DNA from: Patescibacteria group bacterium
Lineage (GTDB): Bacteria; Patescibacteriota; Microgenomatia; Levybacterales; GWA1-39-11
Direction of reading: 5' to 3'
NCBI GenBank assembly: GCA_035549295.1
Contig: DASZRG010000036.1
Location: 13,324-77,323, forward strand
Length of the DNA: 64,000 nt
The number at the start of each line of letters is the position of its first letter. Position 1 is the first letter of the stretch. Shown here piece after piece: positions 55,970-64,000 of this stretch. The position numbers and the translations under genes were made by a program. A model generated the notes under the pieces. The model did no database searches and was not told where the DNA came from. It saw only the letters and a list, made by a program, of their open reading frames with translations.

Positions 55970-56596
55970 ATGATTAAGGCTGTTATTTTCGACGTTGACG
56001 GTGTGTTAATTGATTCTTTTGAAGCAAATTTAAGATTTTTCGAAAACTTAATGGTAAAAGCGGGCTATCCAAAACCTAAGCGTGAGGAATTTCATGAGTT
56101 ATTCCATCTGAGTATGATGGATACAATAAAAGCGCTAACGAAATTAAATTCGGAAGAAGAATTACGAAAAATTTGGAATATGGGAAAAAGTAGAGAGGTC
56201 AACTACCCCGTCGATCTATTAGCTACGCCTGAGGGAATGGAAAAAACAATACTTGATCTCAATAAAAATTATACGCTTGGAATTGTATCCAACAGAGTCA
56301 AAGAAAGTGTTTATGAGGCACCAAGGCTTGCAAAACTAAAAGATCATTTTAAATCAACAATTACATATGAGGATACGATAAATCATAAACCAAACCCTGA
56401 ACCACTTTTACTTGCAGCGAGCGAACTAGATATTGAACCACGAAGTATCGTTTATGTTGGAGATGCGGAAAATGATCTGATAGCAGGAAAAGCAGCTGGA
56501 ATGAAAGTCATAGCATATTCACCCAACAAATATAAAAACACGGACGCTCAAGCTTTGTTATTCACCGATCTTCCTGCAATAATTAGAACATTATGA
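55970..56596 (+). CDS. HAD-superfamily hydrolase (beta-phosphoglucomutase/phosphatase-like)
   Basis: IKAVIFDVDGVLIDS (motif I), VSNR, and GDAENDLIAGKAAG (motif IV). Confidence 0.75.
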   Translation: MIKAVIFDVDGVLIDSFEANLRFFENLMVKAGYPKPKREEFHELFHLSMMDTIKALTKLNSEEELRKIWNMGKSREVNYPVDLLATPEGMEKTILDLNKNYTLGIVSNRVKESVYEAPRLAKLKDHFKSTITYEDTINHKPNPEPLLLAASELDIEPRSIVYVGDAENDLIAGKAAGMKVIAYSPNKYKNTDAQALLFTDLPAIIRTL

Positions 56597-57537
56597 TAAA
56601 CATTCAAATACCAAATTGGCAAGAACATGAACTACTCGACACCGGAAACGGCCGAAAGCTTGAGCGTTTTGGAAAATATATTCTAAATCGCATTGAACCA
56701 CAAGCAACGTGGCATCAAACTCTGAGCGAGTCAGAATGGCACAAAGCAGATGCTGTTTTTCGAAAAGCTAGTGACCGCGGTGGAAATTGGGAACTAAAAA
56801 AACAAATCCCAGGGAAGTGGACAATGTCATATGAAAGTCTGAAACTTGAACTTCGACTTACACCATTTGGACATGTGGGAGTTTTTCCGGACCAGTCAAA
56901 TCAGTGGGAATGGATTTCAAATAAAATCAAACAAAGAAGTCATCCTGAACCCCGATTGAATCGGGGGAACCTTGTTTCAGGATCTCAAGCTGAGACCCCG
57001 GAACAAGTCCGGGGTGACAAAGCTGTAAATGTTTTGAGTTTGTTTACTTATACTGGTGCTTCGACTCTAGAGGCGGCGGCGGCGGGCGCTCATGTAACTC
57101 ATGTTGATGCATCAAAACCAGCTATAACTTGGGCACGAGAAAACCAGAGAATATCAGGACTAACTGACAAACCTATTCGCTGGATCCCTGAGGATGCTTT
57201 AAAGTTTGTAAAACGAGAAGTAAGACGAAATTCACGCTACGACGCGATCATAATGGACCCTCCGAAATTTGGACGAGGAACTCAAGGAGAAGTTTGGAAA
57301 TTTGAAGAATCATTTCCAGAACTTATAGACTATTGTCGACAGATACTTTCAGATAACCCACTGTTCATACTTACGACTGCATATGCGATCCCTGTCTCGT
57401 CAATTTCTCTTGCAAATATGATCTCAGATGCAACTCGTAAGCTAAAAGGGAATATTGAGTATGGAGAACTAGCACTTAAACAAACATCAAACGAAAAACT
57501 TTTACCAACCGCCATTTTCTGTAAATGGGAGCGTTAA
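56593..57537 (+). CDS. SAM-dependent methyltransferase of the RlmI/YccW type, carrying an in-frame hairpin-repeat insertion
   Basis: VLSLFTYTGASTLEAA is motif I-like. IIMDPPKFGRG is the DPPxF motif. It makes an ATGA overlap with the upstream HAD gene. Confidence 0.5.
   Translation: MINIQIPNWQEHELLDTGNGRKLERFGKYILNRIEPQATWHQTLSESEWHKADAVFRKASDRGGNWELKKQIPGKWTMSYESLKLELRLTPFGHVGVFPDQSNQWEWISNKIKQRSHPEPRLNRGNLVSGSQAETPEQVRGDKAVNVLSLFTYTGASTLEAAAAGAHVTHVDASKPAITWARENQRISGLTDKPIRWIPEDALKFVKREVRRNSRYDAIIMDPPKFGRGTQGEVWKFEESFPELIDYCRQILSDNPLFILTTAYAIPVSSISLANMISDATRKLKGNIEYGELALKQTSNEKLLPTAIFCKWER
56941..57024. repeat. Family-1 hairpin repeat (M1 + GACCCCGGAACAAGTCCGGGGTGAC hairpin) inserted in-frame within the methyltransferase CDS
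   Basis: CATCCTGAACCCCGATTGAATCGGGGGAACCTTGTTTCAGGATCTC... is 84 nt with no stop codon and encodes HPEPRLNRGNLVSGSQAETPEQVRGDKA. It is near-identical in reverse complement to 61664-61714. Confidence 0.8.
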
Positions 57538-57538
57538 T

Positions 57539-59719
57539 TTAGGAGGCTCTTACTACACCAAATTCTTCAACTTTACCGCCGCAATATTTCACAATAATAT
57601 CGCATGTTTCTTGCAAAACTTGAGCGACCTTTTCGGGTGTTACATCATAAACTCCATCAACATTTATATATAAATTTTTTGTATCAAGTTGCACTGCGGT
57701 TCTCACTGAGTCTCGATAATTAAAGTCCATATTTATTCCTCCTATTTGATCAAAATAAGCTATCTCACCATTTTTGTAATAAACTTCTGACTCATCTCCG
57801 AGTAAATGAATTTTATCTTGATCAGTCGAAAAACGAAGAGCCGTTGGGAATTCAATCTTATCCAAATCAAAAGCACCAACTGAAATTTTGTTTTTTATAA
57901 CTACTAGATTGTAAGCATCAACACATGTGTTAACCTTGTATAAATCTTTTTTTGCAATAATTCTCCTAAGTAACGCCTCAGGACTTGGACGACGAGAGTG
58001 CCAATCAATTCCAGTTTCTTTATAGAGTTTTCTGTAGCTTAATATTTCAGGGGACGCTGAGATATCATCGTTAGTCATATTCCTAAGGCTTGAGACAGCC
58101 TCTTTAATCTCTCCATCTAGCTGATCGTTCCCCTTCTCAATTGAAACACCACGAATTATTGCTACGCCGCATGAAACAGACGCGAATTTTTCAGAAATAG
58201 CTTTATCAATAAAAAAAATGTTTGGATTATTAAATACTTTGACTTTAACTTCCTTTTTATTTTCGACTTTTGTTGCGGGCTTTAGAGTCGGGAAAATAAC
58301 AACTTCTTTTATTGCCCAGGTATTAGTAAGGAACATAGTAAGACGATCTATGCCAACACCAATTCCACCAAAGGGTGGCATTCCAAACTCCATTGCGGCC
58401 AAAAAATCTTCATCGACGTGCTGCGCTTCGTCTTTATTTACACGTGCAGCTGATGAATCTTTTGTCAGCCTCTCGCGCTGGATAACTGGATCTGTTAATT
58501 CGCTCCATCCGTCATAAATTTCTTTTCCACCAATGTAAGCTTCGAACCTCTCGACCCAGCCAGGTTTATTTCTGTGATTTTTAGACAGAGGGCTTACGTC
58601 CTCCGGGTAATCTATAATATATGTAGGCTCATCTAAAGTTTGCGGAATTAAATGCTCAAAAATTAGGTATATAAGTTGTCCTTTTGTCTCTCCGCCAACA
58701 ATTTGTGCATCGTGACAATTTTCTTTTGCGTATTTAAGGAGTGTTTCGGCACTTTCTTTTTCAACATCAAGTCCCAGCTTATCGAGCAGTATTTGAGACA
58801 TCTCGATTCTAGGCCATTTTTTACCAACATCGATATCTCGATCTCCAACTTTTATTACAGTTGTTCCATATATCTTTTTTGCTAAATGTTTGATAAGACC
58901 CTCTGCAACATCCATGACTCTATGATAATCGGCATACGCCTCGTACCACTCAATCATTGTAAATTCGGGAAAGTGGGTGTGATCTATGCCTTCATTCCTA
59001 AAGTCTTTTGCAATTTCGTAAACCTTCTCGTATCCTCCAACAATCAACCTCTTAAGATACAATTCGTCAGCAATTCGCAAGTACATTTCCTGGCCAAATG
59101 CATTAACATGCGTTTTAAAAGGTCTCGCATTTGCCCCGCCGTATAAAGGCTGCAATGTTGGAGTCTCAACTTCCCAAAAACCTACACTATCTAGATATTC
59201 ACGTGTTCCGCTAACAATTTTGGTTCTAATATTGAATCTCTCGCGAACTTCAGGATTTAGGAGCAGATCTAAATATCTTTGACGAAATCTCGTCTCAACG
59301 TCTTTTACGCCAAACCACTCACTTGGAAGGGTCGCGATGGATTTAGTAAGTAGTGTATAAGACGTAGGTGCGATTGAAATTTCACCTGCAATTGTTTTGA
59401 CAATTTCACCCTCAACTCCAATAAAATCGCCAATGTCGAGAAGTTTTACATTTTTAAAATCATCACCAAGTAATTTTTTCTGGAAAAAAACTTGTACGCT
59501 ACCTGTCTCATCTTTAAGATCTGCAAAAGCAATATTACCGTGCTCGCGAAATGAATAAAGTCTTCCAGCAGTTTTTACAACTTTTCCAAGATCCGATTCA
59601 GACGCTTCTTTGATGGTATTTTTTTTATCATATGAGGCAGCATAAGGATTCCATCCTAGTTCTCGAATTTTCTCAAGCTTTTCAAGTTTTATTTTTTTAT
59701 ATTGATTATCGTCTTGCAT
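57539..59719 (-). CDS. lysS: Lysyl-tRNA synthetase (class II) with a ~230-aa C-terminal extension
   Basis: The N-terminal ~495 aa has an OB anticodon-binding domain and class II motifs (FRNEGID, GGIGVGIDRL). The extra C-terminal domain (FIDKAISEKF...VRAS) may be B3/B4-like. Confidence 0.8.
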   Translation of the reverse strand: MQDDNQYKKIKLEKLEKIRELGWNPYAASYDKKNTIKEASESDLGKVVKTAGRLYSFREHGNIAFADLKDETGSVQVFFQKKLLGDDFKNVKLLDIGDFIGVEGEIVKTIAGEISIAPTSYTLLTKSIATLPSEWFGVKDVETRFRQRYLDLLLNPEVRERFNIRTKIVSGTREYLDSVGFWEVETPTLQPLYGGANARPFKTHVNAFGQEMYLRIADELYLKRLIVGGYEKVYEIAKDFRNEGIDHTHFPEFTMIEWYEAYADYHRVMDVAEGLIKHLAKKIYGTTVIKVGDRDIDVGKKWPRIEMSQILLDKLGLDVEKESAETLLKYAKENCHDAQIVGGETKGQLIYLIFEHLIPQTLDEPTYIIDYPEDVSPLSKNHRNKPGWVERFEAYIGGKEIYDGWSELTDPVIQRERLTKDSSAARVNKDEAQHVDEDFLAAMEFGMPPFGGIGVGIDRLTMFLTNTWAIKEVVIFPTLKPATKVENKKEVKVKVFNNPNIFFIDKAISEKFASVSCGVAIIRGVSIEKGNDQLDGEIKEAVSSLRNMTNDDISASPEILSYRKLYKETGIDWHSRRPSPEALLRRIIAKKDLYKVNTCVDAYNLVVIKNKISVGAFDLDKIEFPTALRFSTDQDKIHLLGDESEVYYKNGEIAYFDQIGGINMDFNYRDSVRTAVQLDTKNLYINVDGVYDVTPEKVAQVLQETCDIIVKYCGGKVEEFGVVRAS

Positions 59720-59734
59720 TTTTTTATTTTAACC

Positions 59735-60808
59735 TTAAACCGTGCTTAATGAAAGAATTAAATTTGAAATCTTTACCATATCGGATATGCTAAATTCCTC
59801 ACGAGTCGTATGAGGATTTTTTACTCCATTCCCAAGATTTAAAACTTTTATACCTTTTTTAATAAATACATTTGCATCAGAACATCCACCTGACCACCGA
59901 AGGACCGGTTTTATTTTAATTTTTTCCATCTTTAATTCTGTATCTTTAATGAATGGATAACTTTTAGAATATAAGTATCCTTCGTTTTCGCGGAGATTTT
60001 TCCAATTTATTTTAGCGCCATATTTGACCGCTGCATCTCTGAAAGTTTTTTCGATCTTATCAACATGTTTTCGCTGCTTTTCACCAGAAAAGCTTCTGAC
60101 TTCACCAGAAATTATCATTTTCTCAGGAACTGTATTTATTGCATCTCCCGCCTTAACTAGCCCTATATTTACGTAACTTTCACTGTCAACTTTACCAAGC
60201 TTTATATGTTTTAACGCCTCATAAAAAACGGATACTACATTTATTCCATCTTCGGGTATCGAAGCGTGAGAGGCTTTTCCAAGAATCTCCAAGTCGAACC
60301 TATCATAGAATGGTGAAGCTGTAATAATAGTTCCAATAGGAAGCGAGACATCAAATAGATATCCATTTTTTGATTTGAGCTTTTTATAATCAAGACCTTC
60401 GACACCATAACTTCCACTCTCTTCATACGAGGTAAAAACTATTTCAAGTGGCCTACTCTTTTGCCCCGACTCAATGATGCATTCTACTGCTTCGAGAATT
60501 GCGGCAAGCGCCATCTTGTTGTCGCCGGCAATTATCGTAGTTCCATCCGATCTTATTTTTCCATTTTTTATTATTGGCTTAATAGATCGACCCGGCTCGA
60601 CAGTATCCATATGAGCAGATATCAATAGTGGCTCACCACTTCCAGGTAGATATCCTACGACATTATTGAATTTGTCTGTAGTATAAGAAACTTTCATTTT
60701 CTTGAGAAGATTTACTATATGTATCGATATATCTTTTTCAAAACCAGTTGGACTATCAATTTTTGCAATTTCTATAAATGTTCTAACTAATCTATCTTGA
60801 TTAACCAT
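59735..60808 (-). CDS. M20-family metallopeptidase (PepT/DapE/ArgE-like)
   Basis: ISAHMDTV, GDNKMALA and SYEESGSYG are the metal-binding and catalytic motifs of the M20 family. Confidence 0.6.
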   Translation of the reverse strand: MVNQDRLVRTFIEIAKIDSPTGFEKDISIHIVNLLKKMKVSYTTDKFNNVVGYLPGSGEPLLISAHMDTVEPGRSIKPIIKNGKIRSDGTTIIAGDNKMALAAILEAVECIIESGQKSRPLEIVFTSYEESGSYGVEGLDYKKLKSKNGYLFDVSLPIGTIITASPFYDRFDLEILGKASHASIPEDGINVVSVFYEALKHIKLGKVDSESYVNIGLVKAGDAINTVPEKMIISGEVRSFSGEKQRKHVDKIEKTFRDAAVKYGAKINWKNLRENEGYLYSKSYPFIKDTELKMEKIKIKPVLRWSGGCSDANVFIKKGIKVLNLGNGVKNPHTTREEFSISDMVKISNLILSLSTV

Positions 60809-61547
60809 AATATCCTACTCCTTTTAGTCTGTTTACTAAAGCTGCCTGAGGGCTGTCTAAACCTTCTGAGAATTTTAACATAAGATCATCATCTATTTGA
60901 CTCGCAAGATTTTTGCTTGATACAAACATTGTACATGGGATTTTTGTTTTATCATAAGACGATTCTGCAATTTCATCTAGACTTATTAGCTGAGACCCCG
61001 CAACTCTTTGAGGACAATCCTTAGTCAGCTGGAAACCACATCCAAAGTCAGGAGTACAAACACAAGTAAATGGCGCTATCATTGGGAATTCGGTATGTTC
61101 TCCAATATGAAAATCCAGGCCTAGTTCTTCTGTTTTACGAAGCGCTTTTAATACTGCAATTGTCTTTGTTGTTCCCAAAACTAAAAGCCTACCCTGACTC
61201 ATTTCATCTTTAAAACTTTCAAGTAAACCATTTTGTAACTTATTATAGAGTCCTTTTCCTCTATGCTCCGCCGCAACTATTGCTGTACCCAATTCCCAAA
61301 TACTGGGAAAATCCGGAATTCCAATAGCTTGCTTTAACTCTTCATCAAGAAGTGGCGTAAACCTTACAAGTCCCACTGTTTCGTCTCCAAGATTAAGAGC
61401 CACAGCAAGACCCTGGTCAAAACTTCTCTCAAGAGATGCTAGGTCTGGATGAAGCAAATTAGATTCTGCGCTAATAATAGTCTGTATATGTGCAAAATTC
61501 GGCTGCATGTCTGTTTCACTTTTTTTTAACAATCTATAGTTTTCCAT
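60801..61547 (-). CDS. GNAT-like acetyltransferase domain protein with a Cys-rich C-terminal region
   Basis: GTAIVAAEHRGKGLYNKL resembles GNAT motif A. The C-terminus has CVCTPDFGCG...C. Confidence 0.4.
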   Translation of the reverse strand: MENYRLLKKSETDMQPNFAHIQTIISAESNLLHPDLASLERSFDQGLAVALNLGDETVGLVRFTPLLDEELKQAIGIPDFPSIWELGTAIVAAEHRGKGLYNKLQNGLLESFKDEMSQGRLLVLGTTKTIAVLKALRKTEELGLDFHIGEHTEFPMIAPFTCVCTPDFGCGFQLTKDCPQRVAGSQLISLDEIAESSYDKTKIPCTMFVSSKNLASQIDDDLMLKFSEGLDSPQAALVNRLKGVGYYG

Positions 61548-61550
61548 ATT

Positions 61551-61582
61551 TTTACCACAAAAAAACCCCGCTAAGCGGGGTT
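61551..61582 (-). terminator. Rho-independent terminator downstream of greA
   Basis: CCCCGCTTAGCGGGG with a flanking A-run and T-run. It reads as hairpin + TTTTTTT in the minus-strand sense. Confidence 0.7.
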
Positions 61583-61663
61583 ATATTTTTTCCAACAAAA
61601 AAATAACCCCTTCTACGGAGTCTGCTTCTTTGCTGATTTAGAAATTATTATTACATTCATATT

Positions 61664-61714
61664 GAGATCCTGAAACAAGGTTCCCCCGATTCAATCGGGG
61701 TTCAGGATGGCGAC
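61664..61714. repeat. Family-1 hairpin repeat (M1, inverted orientation), abutting the greA stop
   Basis: GAGATCCTGAAACAAGGTTCCCCCGATTCAATCGGGGTTCAGGATGGCGAC. Confidence 0.85.
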
Positions 61715-61717
61715 TTA

Positions 61718-62191
61718 TTATTTTATCCCAACAACAGTATATATTACTTTTCCTGCTGGGGCTTCTACTTCGACTTTTTCACCAATTGAGCGCCCTATCA
61801 AAGCTTTTCCAAGCGGTGACTCATGTGAGATTTTTTTGTTCTTTGGGTCTGCCTCCCACTCACCAACGAGACTAAATTCTTCTTTTTTACCATTTATAGA
61901 AAGAGTTATTGCTGAGCCAAGCTCAACAGTCGCACCTTTTCCTGACTTGTGGTTGTCATCAATCAGATTTGCTGTTTTTATAATTTCAGCAAGTTCCTCA
62001 ATTCTTCCATCGATTAGATTTAACTCTTCGCGTGCAGCGGTATACTCAGAATTTTCTGAGAGATCACCCATCTGTCGTGCAGCAGAAACCCTCTCAATAA
62101 CCTGAGCCCTTTTTACATTTGTCAACTCGTCGAGTTCTTTTTTTAACTCTTCAAGACCTTCTTTTGTAACAAACACTTTTTTGCGATCCAT
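61718..62191 (-). CDS. greA: Transcription elongation factor GreA
   Basis: 157 aa with an N-terminal coiled coil (LTKEGLEELKKELDEL) and a C-terminal FKBP-like domain. Confidence 0.9.
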   Translation of the reverse strand: MDRKKVFVTKEGLEELKKELDELTNVKRAQVIERVSAARQMGDLSENSEYTAAREELNLIDGRIEELAEIIKTANLIDDNHKSGKGATVELGSAITLSINGKKEEFSLVGEWEADPKNKKISHESPLGKALIGRSIGEKVEVEAPAGKVIYTVVGIK

Positions 62192-62271
62192 TTCTTTTAA
62201 AAAATCCCCACGCGCATTTTTTTGGGTGGGGAATAATTACCGTTTATATATACAGGATCAATAAATTTATG

Positions 62272-63288
62272 TCAATATCCTGGAGTAACGATCGTGCCTA
62301 GCCAAAATTCATTTTGAGGCTGGGGAAAAGATTTTTCCTCAAACCGCTTTTTGTAGGTTTTATACCGTTTTTTGTATAAATCAGTGACAAATTTTGTTTT
62401 ATCTTTGGGGTGAAATTTAGCAGAATTTTGGGATATTTTTTCAATAGTTATGTGTCTTCTCATATATAGATATTGAATAACGAAAAATATTCTATCGATA
62501 AAACCTAAACAATTCGAAATCACTAAATTCTCTCTTTTATCTTTAGTCTTAAATCTTATATCAAACGCATTCGGCAACAGATCTTTAACCCAACGATTTT
62601 CATTTAAAAATTTTTCGTAGGTCAAATTACGATTTAAAACTGGAGCAAGCTGTGCTATTTCATGCGCTGTAAAAATATTTCTTTCTATCGCAAGATTTGA
62701 TTCACTTAAAAACATGTTTGGACAAATTTTATCTATACCAATTGTTTCAGACTTATTTCTTTTGATTCCTTTTAAAAATAAAATTAGACAAACCAACGCT
62801 CGACTCATCCACAAAGTGTTTTCGGCAGTTATAAAAAACAAATCTATATCATCATGTTTGCCCGCATTATTCATCGATAAACTTCCACTCACACCAATAA
62901 ACTTAAGCGTTGGTATAAATTTTAAAAGCCTTACAGCCTCGCGTGCTTTATCCCATTTTTTAATAGATTCTTTTTTTCTATTTTTATATATATGAAGATT
63001 TTTCTCTCGGCCATTTAAAAAAAATAAATTCGACTTTTCGACAATCATTCCATCCCGAACAAGCTTCATTAGTTGATCAGAAATTTTTTTATAAGAATAT
63101 TTAGCACCAATTTGATACTTAACTATTTGGTTGAGTGTTAAGGGATAGTCGAAAATATCAGAATAAGTAAGCGCTCTTAATATCGGATCAGTTATTTTAT
63201 TGTTGTTTTGTTGCCCCATTTGGATTAAGTTTTTGCGCAACACCTGAAACAAGTGTTTCAATTGCTGATTGTGGTGATTTACTACCAC
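62272..63288 (-). CDS. Predicted Pol-beta-superfamily nucleotidyltransferase-fold protein with an N-terminal wHTH-like region
   Basis: GVSGSLSMNNAGKHDDIDLFFIT fits the GS-x(9-13)-DxD NTase signature. The N-terminal ~120 aa is helical and HTH-like. The true start is uncertain because the ORF overlaps the upstream SBP gene. Confidence 0.4.
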   Translation of the reverse strand: MVVNHHNQQLKHLFQVLRKNLIQMGQQNNNKITDPILRALTYSDIFDYPLTLNQIVKYQIGAKYSYKKISDQLMKLVRDGMIVEKSNLFFLNGREKNLHIYKNRKKESIKKWDKAREAVRLLKFIPTLKFIGVSGSLSMNNAGKHDDIDLFFITAENTLWMSRALVCLILFLKGIKRNKSETIGIDKICPNMFLSESNLAIERNIFTAHEIAQLAPVLNRNLTYEKFLNENRWVKDLLPNAFDIRFKTKDKRENLVISNCLGFIDRIFFVIQYLYMRRHITIEKISQNSAKFHPKDKTKFVTDLYKKRYKTYKKRFEEKSFPQPQNEFWLGTIVTPGY

Positions 63289-64000
63289 TTATAACACCCC
63301 GAACAGCATCTCCCATGTAACCGACTAAGGCATCCACATTTGCGTCGTCGTGTGTATCCGATGAAAAGATTGTGGATTTTGCATCAGGACCCTGTTGAAC
63401 AAATGGGTATATGAGTGGATTGTCTTTCAAAAGAGGTGCTAAATCCGATCTCGGGTAAAGATCACCAAATCCTCGGGCTTTTGCCTCTTGCGCATATAAT
63501 TTCTCCATATTTTCCTTCGAAGCTAAAAACTGTAAAAACTCAAATGCTTCTTTGGGATGAGGCGTTTTCGCTGAAACCCCTTCAACCCAATAGCTTGCTA
63601 TAGAACTTCTTCTTTCCTGTTCATGCGGAACAGACATAACAATAAATGAAAGATTGGGGTTGATCGCTTTCAGTTGAAATATATCCCATGAATACCCTAT
63701 GTACATTGCTAGATTTCCTTTTCCAAACGCTAGAGTTGAATTATCAAGCGAATCATCCCATACTTTTGAATCCCCTTTTGCAAATGATGTATAGAAATCA
63801 AGTGCGTCTGATGCCTGTTTTTCTGAGTTGGCAAGATCATTGATATCTGCTCCATTCTGGATAAATAACATGGACAAAATATCTGAAGCGTGCGTGATGT
63901 TATCAAAGGTTCCAAGCGCTGCACCTGATTGAGTAATTTTTCCTGTTGAATCTTTAACAGTTAATTTAAGTGCTGTTGGGTAAAAATCCTCCCATGTCGA
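63197..64000 (-). CDS. ABC transporter extracellular solute-binding protein (sugar-type family 1), C-terminal part; the gene continues beyond the window end
   Basis: MalE-like C-terminal lobe features (GYSWDIF, WVEGVSAKTPHPKEAFEFLQFLAS). The reading frame is open through position 64000. Confidence 0.5.
   Translation of the reverse strand, partial: STWEDFYPTALKLTVKDSTGKITQSGAALGTFDNITHASDILSMLFIQNGADINDLANSEKQASDALDFYTSFAKGDSKVWDDSLDNSTLAFGKGNLAMYIGYSWDIFQLKAINPNLSFIVMSVPHEQERRSSIASYWVEGVSAKTPHPKEAFEFLQFLASKENMEKLYAQEAKARGFGDLYPRSDLAPLLKDNPLIYPFVQQGPDAKSTIFSSDTHDDANVDALVGYMGDAVRGVISGSKSPQSAIETLVSGVAQKLNPNGATKQQ

Overview
This window looks like a low-GC contig from a Patescibacteria/CPR-type genome. 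Small housekeeping genes are densely packed and mostly on the minus strand, TGA is used as a stop codon, and many genes are coupled by ATGA overlaps.

Recognisable content:
- Protein export: secD, a partial secF, and secA.
- Cell division: ftsE-ftsX followed by a coiled-coil cysteine-peptidase hydrolase.
- Translation and tRNA modification: tsaE-tsaC-tsaB, prfB, def, serS, lysS, greA.
- Nucleotide housekeeping: rdgB, udg4, a MazG-like pyrophosphohydrolase and two Nudix hydrolases.
- Central metabolism: ppsA, a split transketolase and an NRAMP transporter.
- A large envelope-glycan locus: gmd + rmd (GDP-D-rhamnose), rmlA/rmlB/rmlD-like (dTDP-deoxyhexose, no rmlC), ugd + uxs (UDP-xylose), a GtrB-GtrA fusion (polyprenyl-phosphate glycosyltransferase with a GtrA-like C-terminal domain), and two ArnT/PMT-like GT-C membrane transferases.
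- Surface proteins: a lamin-tail-domain protein and an 1198-aa secreted protein that is translationally coupled to an RDD-signal-peptidase-I fusion.

The most unusual feature is a dense, modular family of hairpin repeats whose modules start GTCAT and end ATGAC:
- Copies sit in many intergenic spacers.
- Inverted copies bracket a frameshifted GIY-YIG nuclease gene.
- Two copies appear as in-frame insertions inside coding sequences (an RlmI-like methyltransferase and the SecA C-terminal linker).

Other signals:
- A conserved CTAG-rich ~33-bp motif at five gene boundaries.
- Two loci with tandem 9-bp GTATCAAAG arrays.
- Promoters placed for leaderless transcripts.
- A compositionally distinct 6.7-kb segment (about 43.9-50.6 kb).

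No rRNA, tRNA or CRISPR array was recognised.
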